A stretch of 64,000 nt of DNA, taken from NCBI GenBank assembly GCA_964016885.1, contig OZ024741.1:362700001-362764000 (forward strand), in the 5' to 3' direction. Shown one piece after another: positions 12,626-25,190 of this stretch. The first letter of the stretch is position 1. Every line of letters begins with the position of its first letter. A model generated the notes under the pieces. It had not been told where the DNA came from. It did not search any database and saw nothing but the letters and a program-made list of their open reading frames with translations. The DNA comes from Eledone cirrhosa. Taxonomy: Eukaryota. The position numbers and the translations under genes are program-made.

Positions 12626-14910
12626 ATTTGAATGGTTGAAATGGGAATAGGAAAAATAGTACGATGTAAACAAATTCTGTAATCTTGTTAATCTATGAAG
12701 TGGTTAAACAAGTTGTATTAAACAAGTGTATCTTATTGAATACACACTTTAGATATTATTTCTTGAGACAAATTGTTGTTAACTCCAGGTTAAGTCAGCT
12801 TTAATGAAACAGATCTATGATGAAAGGTGTTCTAGCCATGACTATCATCATCATCATCATCAGGTTTAGCGTCCGTGTTCCACGCTTGCATGGGTTTGGA
12901 CGGGGGTTTTCCCACTTGAGGCAAGAGTCTATCTTGTAGACAACCACAAAATTATGATAAGAAGTCAGCAAATATCACTAAAGTTGTTTCAGGTTAGCTA
13001 TCTGTTACCACCATAAAGAGCTGATAGCAGACCTGTTCGACAGGGAGATCTCCCACCCACTTTGGGGTGGGTGAGAGATGTCTTCTCTTGTGAAAATGGG
13101 TATAGCTTTCATTGTGTAAAATCTCTCTGTTTTGGGGCACTTCTTTTCATGGTACTCCCCGTTTGGGTTTTTAAAGGTTGGTAGGTCTGCAATAGGACAC
13201 CACTACGTTGGCACAAAATCTGCTAGAAATGGCAACTAACCTCCCTCAAACAACAACCTATCATCATCATCATTTTACGTCAGCTTCACTGTCTAAAAAT
13301 ATTTATTGGGTAATGTAATCCAGGTACAATATTTCATGGGGAAAAACATGAGATGGTTATATCTTAAATGTCTGCTTAGTTAGAGATGATTTAAGAGGCA
13401 AACAATATCAGTAACGTCCTGCACCACATATCTTTCTCAAGAACATGTCATCTAGGTAGACTAAGTAAGCAGTGCCTATATTCTTGAACTTCTGTCAGTT
13501 CTGATGACAAAATTTCCTGTTGTTTTATCAACCTGCTCATGAAATTAACGTGTAAATTAGTGTGCCAGTGGTTGAGTATTCCACAGACACGTGAACCCTT
13601 AACGTAATTCCTAAACATTCTAGGTTGGACTTTGAATTACAGATACAATCCATCTGACAGGCTGCCAAGCAGTTTCTGTCACCTTATTTTCACTTGCAAG
13701 GCTTGGGTCAACTGGGGTTCTAGTAAAGACACTTGCCTAAAATAACAGTCATACCTACAACCACTATACATGAAATATAGTGAAAATAATAATTCTCGTA
13801 TCCATTGTCAGAGTGATAATTGTACACGTGTGCACTTGCCTCTCATATCTGAGTTAATTGTCATTCTATATGGCTATATATAATGGTAATAATGAATGTG
13901 TGTGTAAATACAAATGCATAAATGAATACATAAGCTCGTGTTTATTTACATATCCATTCGTAGTTACAACTTGGTCAGTTTTTGTTTATTGTATATATGC
14001 ATGTATAGATGTATAACGAAAAGAGGGTTAAATGCCTATTAATACTTTCTAGTAATCATAAATTCGCTACAGATGTATACTCGTATGTGCCATCTCAATT
14101 TACTATCATTCGGGTCTCGAATAATGTCCCCCCCTCTCCACCGCTTATTAAATTTTGCTAATCTATCTCCGGCGAAATTTTATTTTAAGTGGTAGCATTC
14201 CTGCTACAGTTAATTTTCTTTATACATTAAAAAACATTATACATGACCCCAAAAAAAGTATATTACTAGAAATTCCATACGTTATAAAATAAATAGGATG
14301 GGTTGGTGTCTCAGTATGTAAACTAAGCGAAAAGAACCCAGAAAAATTACCAATTTTCCACCCCCTCCCACTTATTATTTGGGACTTGAGAGTAATTAAT
14401 GTCAACTGCCTATCTAAATTATTTCACATGTAACAAATCAAAACAAAAAAACATTTCATCTCGTTTGAAAAATTGCCACTATCATCACCACCACCACCAT
14501 CGTTATCCAGTACTTTGGTAAAGCCAAAAACAGAAAGGTGCCCTTGTGATCGTTGTTTACAGCAACATCCGTCCCAGTTATTTCCCCTGTCACCCACCTC
14601 GGAGTCATCACCTTCACGTACCTGAGTTCGTCAGATTAAAAACTAAGTTACATGTTTGTTGGTTGCTGTGAGAGGAGAGAGAATAAAAAAAAAGAGGTTG
14701 GCCTGGTTGCAGCAGACTATTACTGCTTACTACCAGATATGTTTACGCGCCAGCAGCTGATTTTGTTGTAAACAAAACAAGCCTGCGACACATGTTTTGC
14801 TTTCCATTCAACACGTCTTCAATAATTTAACACAAATCATATCATACAACGACATAAGCGCTTTTATGGAGACATTTTTTTCAAATATATATATATCGTC
14901 CTTTTTATAT

Positions 14911-14946
<36 letters not shown>

Positions 14947-15990
14947 ATATAAAAAGGGTATACATATAAATATATATATATATATATATACATTATGAAG
15001 AGAGAAGAAACATTTAGATATAATTAGTAATAAAATGTATCATACCTAAAATGCTCCTAGATTCCTCGACTACGTAGTTTCGTGGCATAAACAAAAACAA
15101 TACATCATAAAGATATAGAGTCCTTGCGAGGTCTGCCGACTTATCAAGAGGATACCTCATTTTACTAGCCTCAAGAACGCGTCTACACGACGTGAGAAAG
15201 AATCCCAAAAGGCGGAGGGGGAGATAGTCACGCGATATAACGGTCGAGAAACAGAGCTAAGCCTCTTATAACCCCGAAGAAAATACCACGGAGGCGGAGG
15301 AGGTATTCATATCGAAGCCGTAGAAGAGGTGGTGAAGGAGACGAGAAGTATGAGTAATGGCTGCTTTCCGGCAGTCACCACACTTCAAAGATTGCTCGAC
15401 CAGAGGGAGTTATTAACAATATATTTAGAAACACACAGATACATGCGGACACACACATATACATGAATGCATCCACACCCAACTGTATATATATATATAT
15501 ATATATATAATAAAAAGGACGATATATATATATTTGAAAAAAAGGTCTCCGTAAAAGCGCTTATGTCGTTGTATATATATATATATATATACGTTGGTAG
15601 AAATCCGTAGATGAAAGATCAAGGAAAACAGTGCCTGATCTGTTGTAATTGAGTTTATTTAGTATAAACAACGTTTCATACCATTGGTATTTTTGTCCAC
15701 ATGCCTAAATGAAGGGCCAGTTTAAAAGTGCCTCCTCCATTTAACAGTGGTGACCATGACTGGACCCTGAAACCAATGGTAACATATATGTTAAATGTAT
15801 GAAACTTTGTTTACACTATATATATATATATATATCGAAACGATAAAAGTTTAACTGTAGGGCAGAAATTTTTAATATCTAGTTTTCTTAAGAACAGAGT
15901 ACTAAGTTGAATAAATGGTCTTACTAGGCTTAACCAGTAACATCTTTTACACACACTGTGTGTGTGTCTCTCTCTCTCTATATATATATA

Positions 15991-18329
15991 GTAAAAAATT
16001 GAACGGGAACAAAACAGAGAGGCAGTACGAACAAAGGTTTATTAGTTTCACGCTCTTGAGAGTGGGGTGGTGCTGGGGAACGACGTTTCGGGCATAAGCC
16101 CTTCTTCAGGTGAAAAGTGTGTGGGAATAGAGTTCAAAGGGTGTGTAGGGGAGTGGTGGAGAGTTATATAGAAAAAAGGGGGTGAGAGGAAACGGTACAA
16201 ATGAAATTAAATATAAAAGCAAAATAAAAATAAAAATAAACATGAAGTAAAACAGGTGGTGGAAGGGTGTGGGGCGTAGGTCGGTGTGTGTGTGCGTGTG
16301 TGGATGGGGAGGGGTCAGAGGATTCCGGAGGCTGAGTGTGTAAATAGGTGGTGGTACGCACGTGTGTGTGTGGTGTTTATGCATGTTGTGGATGTAGGTG
16401 GCGTGTGGGAAAAAAATTTTTTTGAGTGTATGTCAGTGGGTGAGTCCTTAAGGTAGTTCCGTAGAGGATGTGGTGGAATGCTGGGTAATATCCTTGGGGT
16501 GTGGTGGATTCTAGGGATCGATGTTTAATATGTGTAATCCGTGGTTGGGTTGGTCGGAAGAGGGGAGATGTGGGGTGCGCGCGCAACAGGAAGTGGTCAG
16601 AGGGTCAAGGCAGGAGGAGGGTTGTGTGTCTGTGTGTGCAGGGAGGTGGTCAGAGATAAGGGCATAGCAGCAGTCGGGTAGAATGGTAAGTGAAGAAAGT
16701 CGGTGTGTCAGTGTGTGCGGAGGTGCGGTGGACAGGGGAGAGGATGGGTAGGTGTGAAAGTTGGAGTATGGGGGGGGAGTATTAGTAGAGTTGTTAGTGG
16801 GATGTGTGTGTGTGTGAGAAAGGGTGTGGGTGGAGCGGGGTGAGAAGGATGTGGGGGCCGGTGGAGGGAGTGTAGTGTACTGGTGTGTGTGTGCGTGTTT
16901 GGATGAGTGTGTGTGTGGTGAAGGGGGTGTTAGTAGGTGTTAGTATACTGGAGGTGGGGAAAGGGTTGAATGCTGGTGTGAGTGGTGGTAGGGTGTGTAG
17001 AGTGGGTGTGTGTGTTCGTGTGCGCGTAGGGTTGGGGGGTGTTAGTGATGTTAGTTGCGTGAAGAGTGGGTGGTGTAAGTGGGTGTGTGTGTGCGTGGAG
17101 TGGGGGGGGGTAGTGATGTTAGTTGCGGGGTGGTGGGGTGGATGTGTGGGGGTGATGGTTAGTGGTGGTAGTAGGGTGTGTTTAGTGTGAGCGCGTGTAT
17201 ATATGTACCGGTGGGTGTGTGCGTGTGATAAGGGGAGGGGGGAGAAGAAGGGAAGGATGTTAGTATGTTAGTTGGGGAAGGGTGGTCGGGTGTGGGGTGG
17301 AGGTGTTAGTTGTGGAGTGGGCGGTGAAAAGGAGGAGTGTGTTAGTGGGGGATATGTGTGTGTGTGGGGGGGGGGTCGAAGGCTAAAGGAATAAGGGTGG
17401 GAAGTTCAGGCCGGGGGGAGTGTGGGTCTGTAGGGTGAAGATGGTTCGTTGTTCGACCCTGAGGAGAGTGGCGGGTGTTCCGTGGCATTGGAGTAGGCCA
17501 CAGACTGTGAGGTGGTGTGCGGAATGTCCAGGGGCACCAAAGTGGCGGCCGATGGGGGAACTACCACCGAGACGAATATCTCGGAGGTATTCGGTAAACC
17601 GGTCCGCCAGGCGACGTCCAGTCTGTCCGACGTAGGTTGCGCTGCACTCCGTGCAACGAAGTCCGTAGACTAGGTTGGAGGAGGTGCAGCGGAAGGCATG
17701 CCGGACAGAGAGAGAGTGGCCGTTGGGACCCTGGAAGGTGGTGGTGTTGGTGATGTGGGGACAGGTGTTGCAGTGGGGCCTGGAACAGGGAAGGGAACCG
17801 GGGGGAAGGAGAGTGTGGGTTGGGGGTAGGGAGCTGTGGACGAGGAGGGTGCGAAGATTGCGTGCGCGTTTGAAGGAGGGGAGTGGTGGGGCTGGGAAGA
17901 TGTGGAGGTGGAGGGGTCGGAAGAGGCGGAGGATGGTGCGGTGGAGGGGTGGTAGGTGATGGGGAAGGGGAGATGGTGGGTGGGTGTACAGTGGTGTGGG
18001 GTGAGGGTGGTGGAGTGGTGGACAGCACGGGCGCGGGTGAGTGCGGTGTGGACAAGAGAGGGGGGTAACCTCTGCGGATGAAATGGCTGACTAGGGAAAG
18101 GGCCTGGGACTCAAAGTCAGCATCTCGGCTACAGAGGCGGCGGATCCTGAGGAGTTGGGAGTAGGGAATAGAGTGTTTAGTGTGTGTAGGGTGGGAAGAG
18201 GTGAAGTCGAGGTAGGAGTGGGAGTCGGTGGGTTTGAAGAAGGCAGAGGTGACGAGGGGTCGAAGGCGACGGAGATGTCTAAGAAGTGGACGTGGGTGGT
18301 GGAGATAGAGGTGGTGAAGTGGAGGGAGA
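15991..18329 (-). mobile_element. Penelope-like element family A, 5'-truncated (RT C-terminus, GIY-YIG endonuclease, long CA-rich 3' UTR)
   Basis: RT C-terminal segment FKPTDSHSYLDFTSSHP..SIPYSQLLRIRRLCS...RGYP. After frameshifts the frame reads FRCTSSNLVYGLRCTECSATYVGQTGRRLADRFTEYLR...EQRTIFTLQTHTPPGLN and stops at 17383. A hammerhead and AATAAA lie near the 3' end, with (TA)n on both flanks. Confidence 0.92.
16080..16111 (-). ncRNA. Minimal hammerhead ribozyme motif of PLE family A
   Basis: Minus strand AC-CTGAAGA-AGGGC-TTAT-GCCC-GAAACGTC-GT. Stem III is the palindrome ACGT with a GUC site. Stem I is only 2 bp. Confidence 0.75.
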
Positions 18330-18420
18330 TATATATATATATATAATTCCAAGTAATCTGTTGGTTGATCAAGCAATCGACTGATTGTGGTGTAATCATG
18401 TAAACACTCCCCAACATGTG

Positions 18421-18990
18421 TACAAGGAGTGACTGAAAAGTTTGAGCCTCACACAGAAAACAAATAGATATGTAAATGAAATTATGTTTGTGAAATCTGC
18501 GACATGATCTCACACGGCTAGCCATGTTTCATGGTCTGAACACTTTTTCATTTCTTTTTGCATATTTTTAAAGTTGATTTATACCAGGCATTTTATGAAA
18601 AATGGAGAAACTCAAGCATCGAGCAGTGATCAAGTATCTGCAGTTGAAAGGCATGACCCCAGCTGAGATCCATAAGGACATGCAAGACACATCATATGCC
18701 ATGGTGAAACACTGAGTCAACGAATTCAAGTGTGGAAAGGAAGGTGTAGAAGATGACCCAAGGTCTGAGAGGCCATCAATAGTGAGCACACCAGAGAACA
18801 TTGACTTTGTCCTTGGTTTGGTGATGGAGGATCGACGACTATCATCTCATCAGATAGCAAACAGGTTAGGCATCTCCTAGAAGCAGGCCAATAATATTCA
18901 AATGAGCTTGGTTTGAGAAAGGTGTTTGCATGCTGGGTTCCACGTCTTTTGAGTGAGGAACGAATGGAAGTACACTCATCGCACCATGTC
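18421..18990 (+). mobile_element. Mariner DNA transposon 5' fragment (pseudogenised transposase)
   Basis: TIR-like ta-caaggagtgactgaaaagtttgagcct. From ATG 18602 it reads MEKLKHRAVIKYLQLKGMTPAEIH...EDDPRSERP...EDRRL...WVPRLL, with stops. Confidence 0.88.
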
Positions 18991-19009
18991 CTCCAGGTGG
19001 TTACAAGTG

Positions 19010-19560
19010 TTAACCATGACTGAGTATTGTGCTTTGTCCTGCTTAGGCCTCCATATAAGCTCAGTTAGAGCTGTGCTCCGTCATTTATCAATCTGGTTAT
19101 CTGGTTAAAGGAGTGGCGATGGTTGTATCCCTATCCTTAAAGCTGGTTGCTGTCATGCCAATGTATTTGTATGTTGAGTCACAAGTTGGAACCTTAGACT
19201 CATCTACTACATTTTTATGGTGGCATTTATTCTGCATTGGGTAATTCTTGAATTCTACACTTACATTAATTGTTGTAGGTGTTGTGTTGTAATTATGTCT
19301 ATAGAGGTGGTTGACTACCTAGTATAGGTGAATAGAGTTATGTCTGTTAGGTCCCTTATGTTTCCCTGAGGTATTTATGTAATTTGCAGACACAAGTGCT
19401 GATGCATTCATGTTTAGACTATGTTTAGGTTCTAATTTACTATTGTTAATCTTAGCTATGTTTTGATGGTTGAGTATAATAACTTAACTATTGAGGTGAT
19501 ATTAATGGAGGTCTGCTTGTGTCATTTCTGACGATGACGTGTGTCTATTGTAGTATGTTA
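19010..19560 (-). mobile_element. Degraded Penelope-like GIY-YIG fragment (family B-like)
   Basis: Reverse strand reads PMQNKCHHKNVV...YKYIGMTATSFKDR..NHRHSF...STALTELIW, similar to ORF 38672-39226. Confidence 0.7.
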
Positions 19561-19699
19561 AATGGAACTTGATTTGTGACACTTAGAGTGCAGGGAGCAA
19601 CGAATGGCAGGTTTGACATATAGGTCCACAGACAATGGATATAGTTTGTTGGATCTGGATTGGGGGAAGGGGTCTTGAGGATCAGGGGTAATCATTTAC

Positions 19700-20000
19700 C
19701 CAGGTAACACTAATTCATTAAAAAGGTTCGATTCGAAAGATCTCCAACCAGTTACTGTTGTTGTCATAAGCTCTGAGGGCAGATTTTAATTGCCGATGGA
19801 AATGTTCTACCATACCATTAGCTGCAGTGTGGTAAGCCATTGTACATGTTCAGTTGTAATCTAGGGGGCATGTTAATTCATTAAAAAGGTTCAATTCAAA
19901 GTGGCTTCCTCTGTTCATTGTGATGGTAGGTGTGCCATAACATGAAATCCAATGCTGTACTTTGGCAATAGTTTTGGCTGTGGTATTAGGCAGTCTACAT
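19700..20000 (-). mobile_element. Gypsy LTR retrotransposon integrase relic
   Basis: Reverse strand reads TAKTIA..HWISCYGTPTITMNRGSHF...AYHTAANGMVEHFHRQLKSAL, an rve core pattern. Confidence 0.8.
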
Positions 20001-20689
20001 CAGCAAATATTCTATTTATAAGTAAAGTTCAAAGTTTTTTAAACTCCAAATTGCTTGCTGTTTGGTGAGGAGCGTCAGGCAAAAGTCCTTTGCCAGGAAG
20101 AAAGTAGATAGTTATTTTTGTTTACCTTTTTTCTGAATGAAAGAGTTTTGGAAACTGGATGAAAGGAATTGGAGAAAATCTAAGAGAGAATTACTAATCT
20201 TAATTCTCTTAAATCATAATCTTTCTCCCACCACTTGTCTCTCTCCAACTGTTTCACTCCACCCAGGACTGGCATTTGGGTGTTTAGCACCCACGAGTAG
20301 TCCTTTAAAACTCCCAAATAAAATAATTGAATATTTTCACAATACTATATGGCAATGATATTTAGTGATATATTTATTGTTCACAGAAAATTATATATTT
20401 GTGAATTGAGTTTAGAGGCAGTTTTGAAAGCATTGTGACAATATTATAAACATTCTAAATAGCTAAAAGCCCAAACAATGTATGTAAAGAAATGAAACCT
20501 AGTACTTTATTCACAATTTTCAGTCTTATAAGAATTTTTTTAGCATTGGTTAACAGTCAGACAAACTGGAGCTGAAGTTTGAAAAAGCAAAAGCTTTATT
20601 TGATGTCATTCATATTTTTCTTCTTTTCTTTTCCTACATGTGAAATCTCAGAAGTTGAAAGGTAGAGACTATATATATTTCAGAAAAGT

Positions 20690-21530
20690 TTTTAGTGTTG
20701 GTCAAACAATCCCTGTACCACACCCACAAGAAAGGATGTGCTTTAGCTGTGCAAGCCTGCTGGGCCATCTCGGCTGCCTTCCACTTCCTGCACCAGCCAG
20801 ATCTGGTGTACTGCAGATGTTCTCATATCCGTGACACCATGAACTATTCTAAATGGATGTCTGGGCTTATCCCGCCGAGGTTGACTTTGCCTTTCATCCT
20901 TACGGGGTCGATAAAATAAAGTACCAGTAATGCACTGGGTAATTGCTGGCCTTGTGCCTAAAGTAGAAACAATTATTGCTGTGAATTGGCAGTATCGGTA
21001 GAGGGTCGGATGCCATGCTTTCCAGCATAGTTACATCCATTTACGGTCTGAGTTCAAATCCCGTCGAGGTTAACTTTGCCTTTCATCTTTACGGGGTCGA
21101 TAAAATAAAGTACCAGTAATGCACTGGGTAATTGCTGGCCTTGTGCCAAAAGTAGAAACAATTATTGCTCCCATAACACCATTCTTGCTCAAACAGCGTG
21201 GCATGTCCAACCATCTACAAAGATGGCTACTTACTTTGCACTTGAGGCTTTCTACAGTTGAAGAGACTTCATAGATAAATAGATGCCAGAGAATTCTCAG
21301 GGGTATCTTCCGCTGATAATCCCAAGCCTCGAATCTTTGTGGAAGCCCAAATCTATACATAGCTCTTTATTAACATCCCAGGTCAACACTAGTTCCTCTG
21401 AAGAAGTCTGTGTCCCTCAGATTGCTGTTGAAGACCTACCCAAGACTGTTTACTGGTTTTTCAGTGACCGATGGGATTAGATTTTCCCCTATCTTGAAAC
21501 AGAACTTGTACATAATTATATTGGACCTAG
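20690..21530 (-). mobile_element. HERO/NeSL-like non-LTR retrotransposon fragment interrupted by tandem SINEs (20868-21168)
   Basis: GLPQRFEAWDYQ...RILWHLFIYEVSSTVE...LCRWLDMPRCLS, followed by RKWKAAE after the SINEs. This resembles the region downstream of RT in HERO elements. Confidence 0.65.
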
Positions 21531-21729
21531 TACTGAGAAATGTGAGCAAGGAAGACATTTTAAATATGTAAAAATATGATGAAATATGAAATAAACTCTT
21601 GAAATTAATTTAAAATTAATCACATAAGTTTGTTTGAACATCAAATTTTGAATTAATGAATTTCTCAGCCTTTTGATCAGTGGGGAAAACTAGGCACAGA
21701 TTTTAGATGGCTGCTTAAGATATCTATGT

Positions 21730-22160
21730 GGGCACGGCACTTAGTAGCCGTATTGAATGTAGATCCCTGCGTCACTATTTGGTTGGATACCCTCTCCATC
21801 TGCCCCGATATGGATATGTGAGACCATCGCACCTCTACCCCCCCCTCTTCTACTGTTGTGGTGTTTGAGACATTAGAGAGAGATGGGCTGTTGACAATAA
21901 GGATCTTTTTATTGTTGGTGTCTAACCTTACTGATTTAGCAGGTGTTGCTCTCGAGGATGCTTGGTTATTTAATGCCTTAGTCTTGCTATCACCTGCGAA
22001 TATCTTAACTTGTTTAAAAAATATTAGAGGGCAGCTCCAACGCCGCTTGTGACATGTGATTGCCCCACCCCTTTTTCCTTCTTTTTCATTAGTACTGTAT
22101 ATATATCAATGCATAATCTTGTTATATAAATTTTATTGACAGTGTAATTTTAATAAAATA
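21730..22160 (+). mobile_element. CRE-clade retrotransposon 3' fragment
   Basis: VVFETL...LVSNLTDLAGVALEDAWLF...LTCLKN parallels the copies at 28850 and 54477, followed by an AATAAA-containing tail. Confidence 0.65.
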
Positions 22161-22257
22161 CCCCTTATTTTAAGAGGAAAAAAACCGGAAATATATACAT
22201 GTACAAAAAAAAACATTCAACAATAAAATTACAAATAAATAAATATATATATATATA

Positions 22258-24743
22258 GGAACAGTGGGAATTCCTGAAAGCAAACCTGCTGATGGCGGCA
22301 GACGAAGTCTGTGGCTGGAGCAGGCCCATAGGCAGGAGGAGAGTAACATGGTAGTGGAACAGTAAGGTGGAGGAGTCAATTAAGGCCAAAAAGTAGGCTT
22401 GGAAAGTATGACGGGAGGGAAGCTAGGAGACAAGTGTACTTCGCAAGAAGGGAAGCAGAGGAAAGAAAGTTCAAGCATGTTCTACAACGCGAGGACCAAA
22501 AACGTGGTGTTCAGGATTGCTAGGCAATGTGTCAAGGAAAACCGTGATACTGTCGGGGAGAAATGTGTCCTTAATGATGATGGTGTACTTGCCATCACTG
22601 ACGCTGATAAGAAGGTAGCTTGGAAGTGTCACTACGAAAGGCTACTAAATGAGGAGAATAAATGGGAGAAAGACAGTCTCCCCCACATCGATCCAATAGA
22701 GGGACCAGCAGTGTTAGTCGAAGGTAGTATAATAAGTAAGGCAATCAAAGATATGAAGACGGGTAAGGCGGCTGGGCCTTCGGAAATAGTTGCTGAAATG
22801 CTGAAAGCTTCTGGAACGGTGGGACAGACCATGGTCACCCGGATAGTAAACCAAGTCATACAGAATGGGGTTGTTCCGGAGGACTGGCGTAGCAGCATCA
22901 TCATTAACTGCTACAAGGGTAAAGGAGATGTCCTAGATAGGAGTAACTATAGAGGCATTAAATTAATCGACCAGGTCATGAAGCTCACAGAAAAAGTAAT
23001 AACGCAACTAATCAGAGAGAGAATTGATCTAGATGAAATGCAGTTCGGGTTTGTGTCAGGTAAAAGTACCACAGACGCTCTTTTCATCGTACAACAACTA
23101 CAGGAGAAGTACCTAGCTAAAAGTAAACCCCCTATACTTAGCTTTTGTCGACTTGGAGGAAGCCTTCGACAGAGTCCCCCGTTCCATTATCTGGTGGGCT
23201 CTTAGAAAACTAGGTGTTGATGAATGGCTTGTGAGAGCTATACAAGCCATGTATAAAGAAACAGTCAGCAAGGTTAGAATTAACAACGAATATAGTGAAG
23301 AGTTTAGCATAAAAGTTGGTGTTCATCAGGGCTCCGTTCTTAGCCCCCTACTATTTATTATTGCCTTTCAGGCTATAACAGTGGAGTTCAAGACCAGCTG
23401 CCCATGGGAACTCCTATACGCAGATGATCTAACGCTCATAGCTGAATCAATGGCCGAACTAGGGAAGAAATTCCAAACATGGAAGCATGGCCTAGAATCA
23501 AAAGGCCTTAAAATTAACCTGTCTAAGACTAAAGTTCTAGTTTGTGGGAAGGAAAATAGGGCACCGGTCCCATCCGGGAATGGCCATGCTCAGTGTGTAG
23601 GAAAGGAATAGGTAGAAACTCCATCTTATGTCCCAAATGCAAAGTATGGGTGCATAAAAGATGTAGTGGGATCACAGGCAAGCTAACTAAGAACATAGAT
23701 TTTATATGTGGCCGGTGCTCTGGTGAAATAAGTAGCAGCAAGTGCCCACAGAATACTAGCTCATTCCATTGCACAGATGGTTCTATAGAAATAGTGGACA
23801 CTTTCCGTTACTTCGGTGACAAAATCAGCAGTGGTGGAGGGTGCTCTGAAAGTACAGTAGCTAGAGTCAGAACTGGATGGAAAAAGTTCAGAGAGCTTAT
23901 ACCATTATTAGCCGCTAAAGGGTTCTCTCTAAAAATGAAAGGCAGGCTGTATGATGCCTGCATACGAACAGCAATGTTACATGGCAGTGAGACCTGGGCA
24001 TTGAGTGCAGAGGATATACGCAGACTAGAGAGGAACGAAGCTTGCATGCTCCGCTGGATGTGTAATAGTAATATACGTGAACGGCAAAGCATAAACGAAC
24101 TAAGGGAAAAATTAGAAATAAGAGGGATCAGATGTTGTTTACTCGAGAGAAGACTACATTGGTATGGTCACGTGATGCGCATGAAAGACGACAGCTGTAT
24201 AAAAAAGTGCAGGGCAATAAAAATAGACGGTAGCCACAGAGTAGGCAGACCCAGAAAAACCTGGGACGACTTGATAAATTCCAACCTCACACACTTACAC
24301 CTCTCCAAGAAAATGTCACTGGACTGAGATCTTTGGCGCTACACAGTAATACAGAAGACCTGCCTTACCTAAGTACAAAGTGAAACCTACTACAGTCAGT
24401 AGGCATCTCTTAACAAAAATACACCACCGTCCCACTACCCCCACCCCATCCACACCACCCCTTTCAATGTAAAGTTATGTTGGTACCACAACATCCAGTC
24501 CGAAACAAATGAAGTCGTGTAGGTGTCACAATAAAAAAACACACAGTCCACGCTGTAATGTGGCCGTGTAGGTAACACGGTAAAAACCTTCCAGTCCACA
24601 CTTTAAACGTGGTTGGTGTTAGGAAGGGCATCCAGCCGTAGAAAACCCACCAGACAGTCCTATGCGAGCAAGACAACCACTCTTGCCTCAAGTGGGAAAA
24701 CTCCCGTCCAAACCCATGCAAGCGTGGAAGATGGACGTTAAAC

Positions 24744-24797
<54 letters not shown>
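22258..24797 (+). mobile_element. RTE-clade LINE, 5'-truncated, frameshifted
   Basis: ORFs 22399-23205, 23153-23611 and 23593-24327 carry GKAAGP, NYRGIKL, QFGF, YADD, a PHD-like Cys cluster and GRPRKTW. Ends in a (GAT)n tail and has (TA)n on both flanks. Confidence 0.95.
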
Positions 24798-24798
<1 letters not shown>

Positions 24799-24842
24799 TA
24801 TATATATATATATATATACATATATATACATATATATGCAGT

Positions 24843-25190
24843 GGAGGCACATGGCTTAGTGGTTAGAGCATTGGCCTTGCAATCGAAAGGTTGTGAGTTC
24901 AATTCTCAGACCGGATGATGTGTTGTTTCCTTGAGCAAGACACTTTATTTCACATTGCTCCAGTTTACTCAGCTGTAGAAATGAGATGCTAGGGACTGAG
25001 GTCCCTATCATTCCACTGCAAAGTGGTTGTGGAGGTGCCATGGCAAAAAAGCACCCAGTACTCACTGTAAATGAGGTTGGTGTTAGGAAGGGCATCCAGC
25101 TGTAGAAATCAAGCCAGTATCAGTTCCCGTCCCACCCTTGCAAGCAGGGAAAAAGCGGACGTAAAATGAAATGAAAATGATGAAATGATG
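24843..25190 (+). mobile_element. tRNA-derived SINE family V (V-SINE-like core, RTE-derived tail)
   Basis: A box tggcttagtgg, B box gagttcaattc, core gtttccttgagcaagacacttt, tail cccgtcccacccttgcaagcagggaaaaagcggacgtaaaatga. Near-identical full copies at 39971-40288 (+) and 51471-51814 (-). Confidence 0.9.

Noticed and set aside
16106-17190. Val/Gly- or His/Thr/Pro-rich ORFs
   Set aside because: Low-complexity GT/CA-rich 3' UTR of the Penelope element.
24843-24915. tRNA-like sequence with A and B boxes (also at 39971 and 51814)
   Set aside because: It is the head of a SINE and continues into SINE core and LINE tail; no clean cloverleaf.
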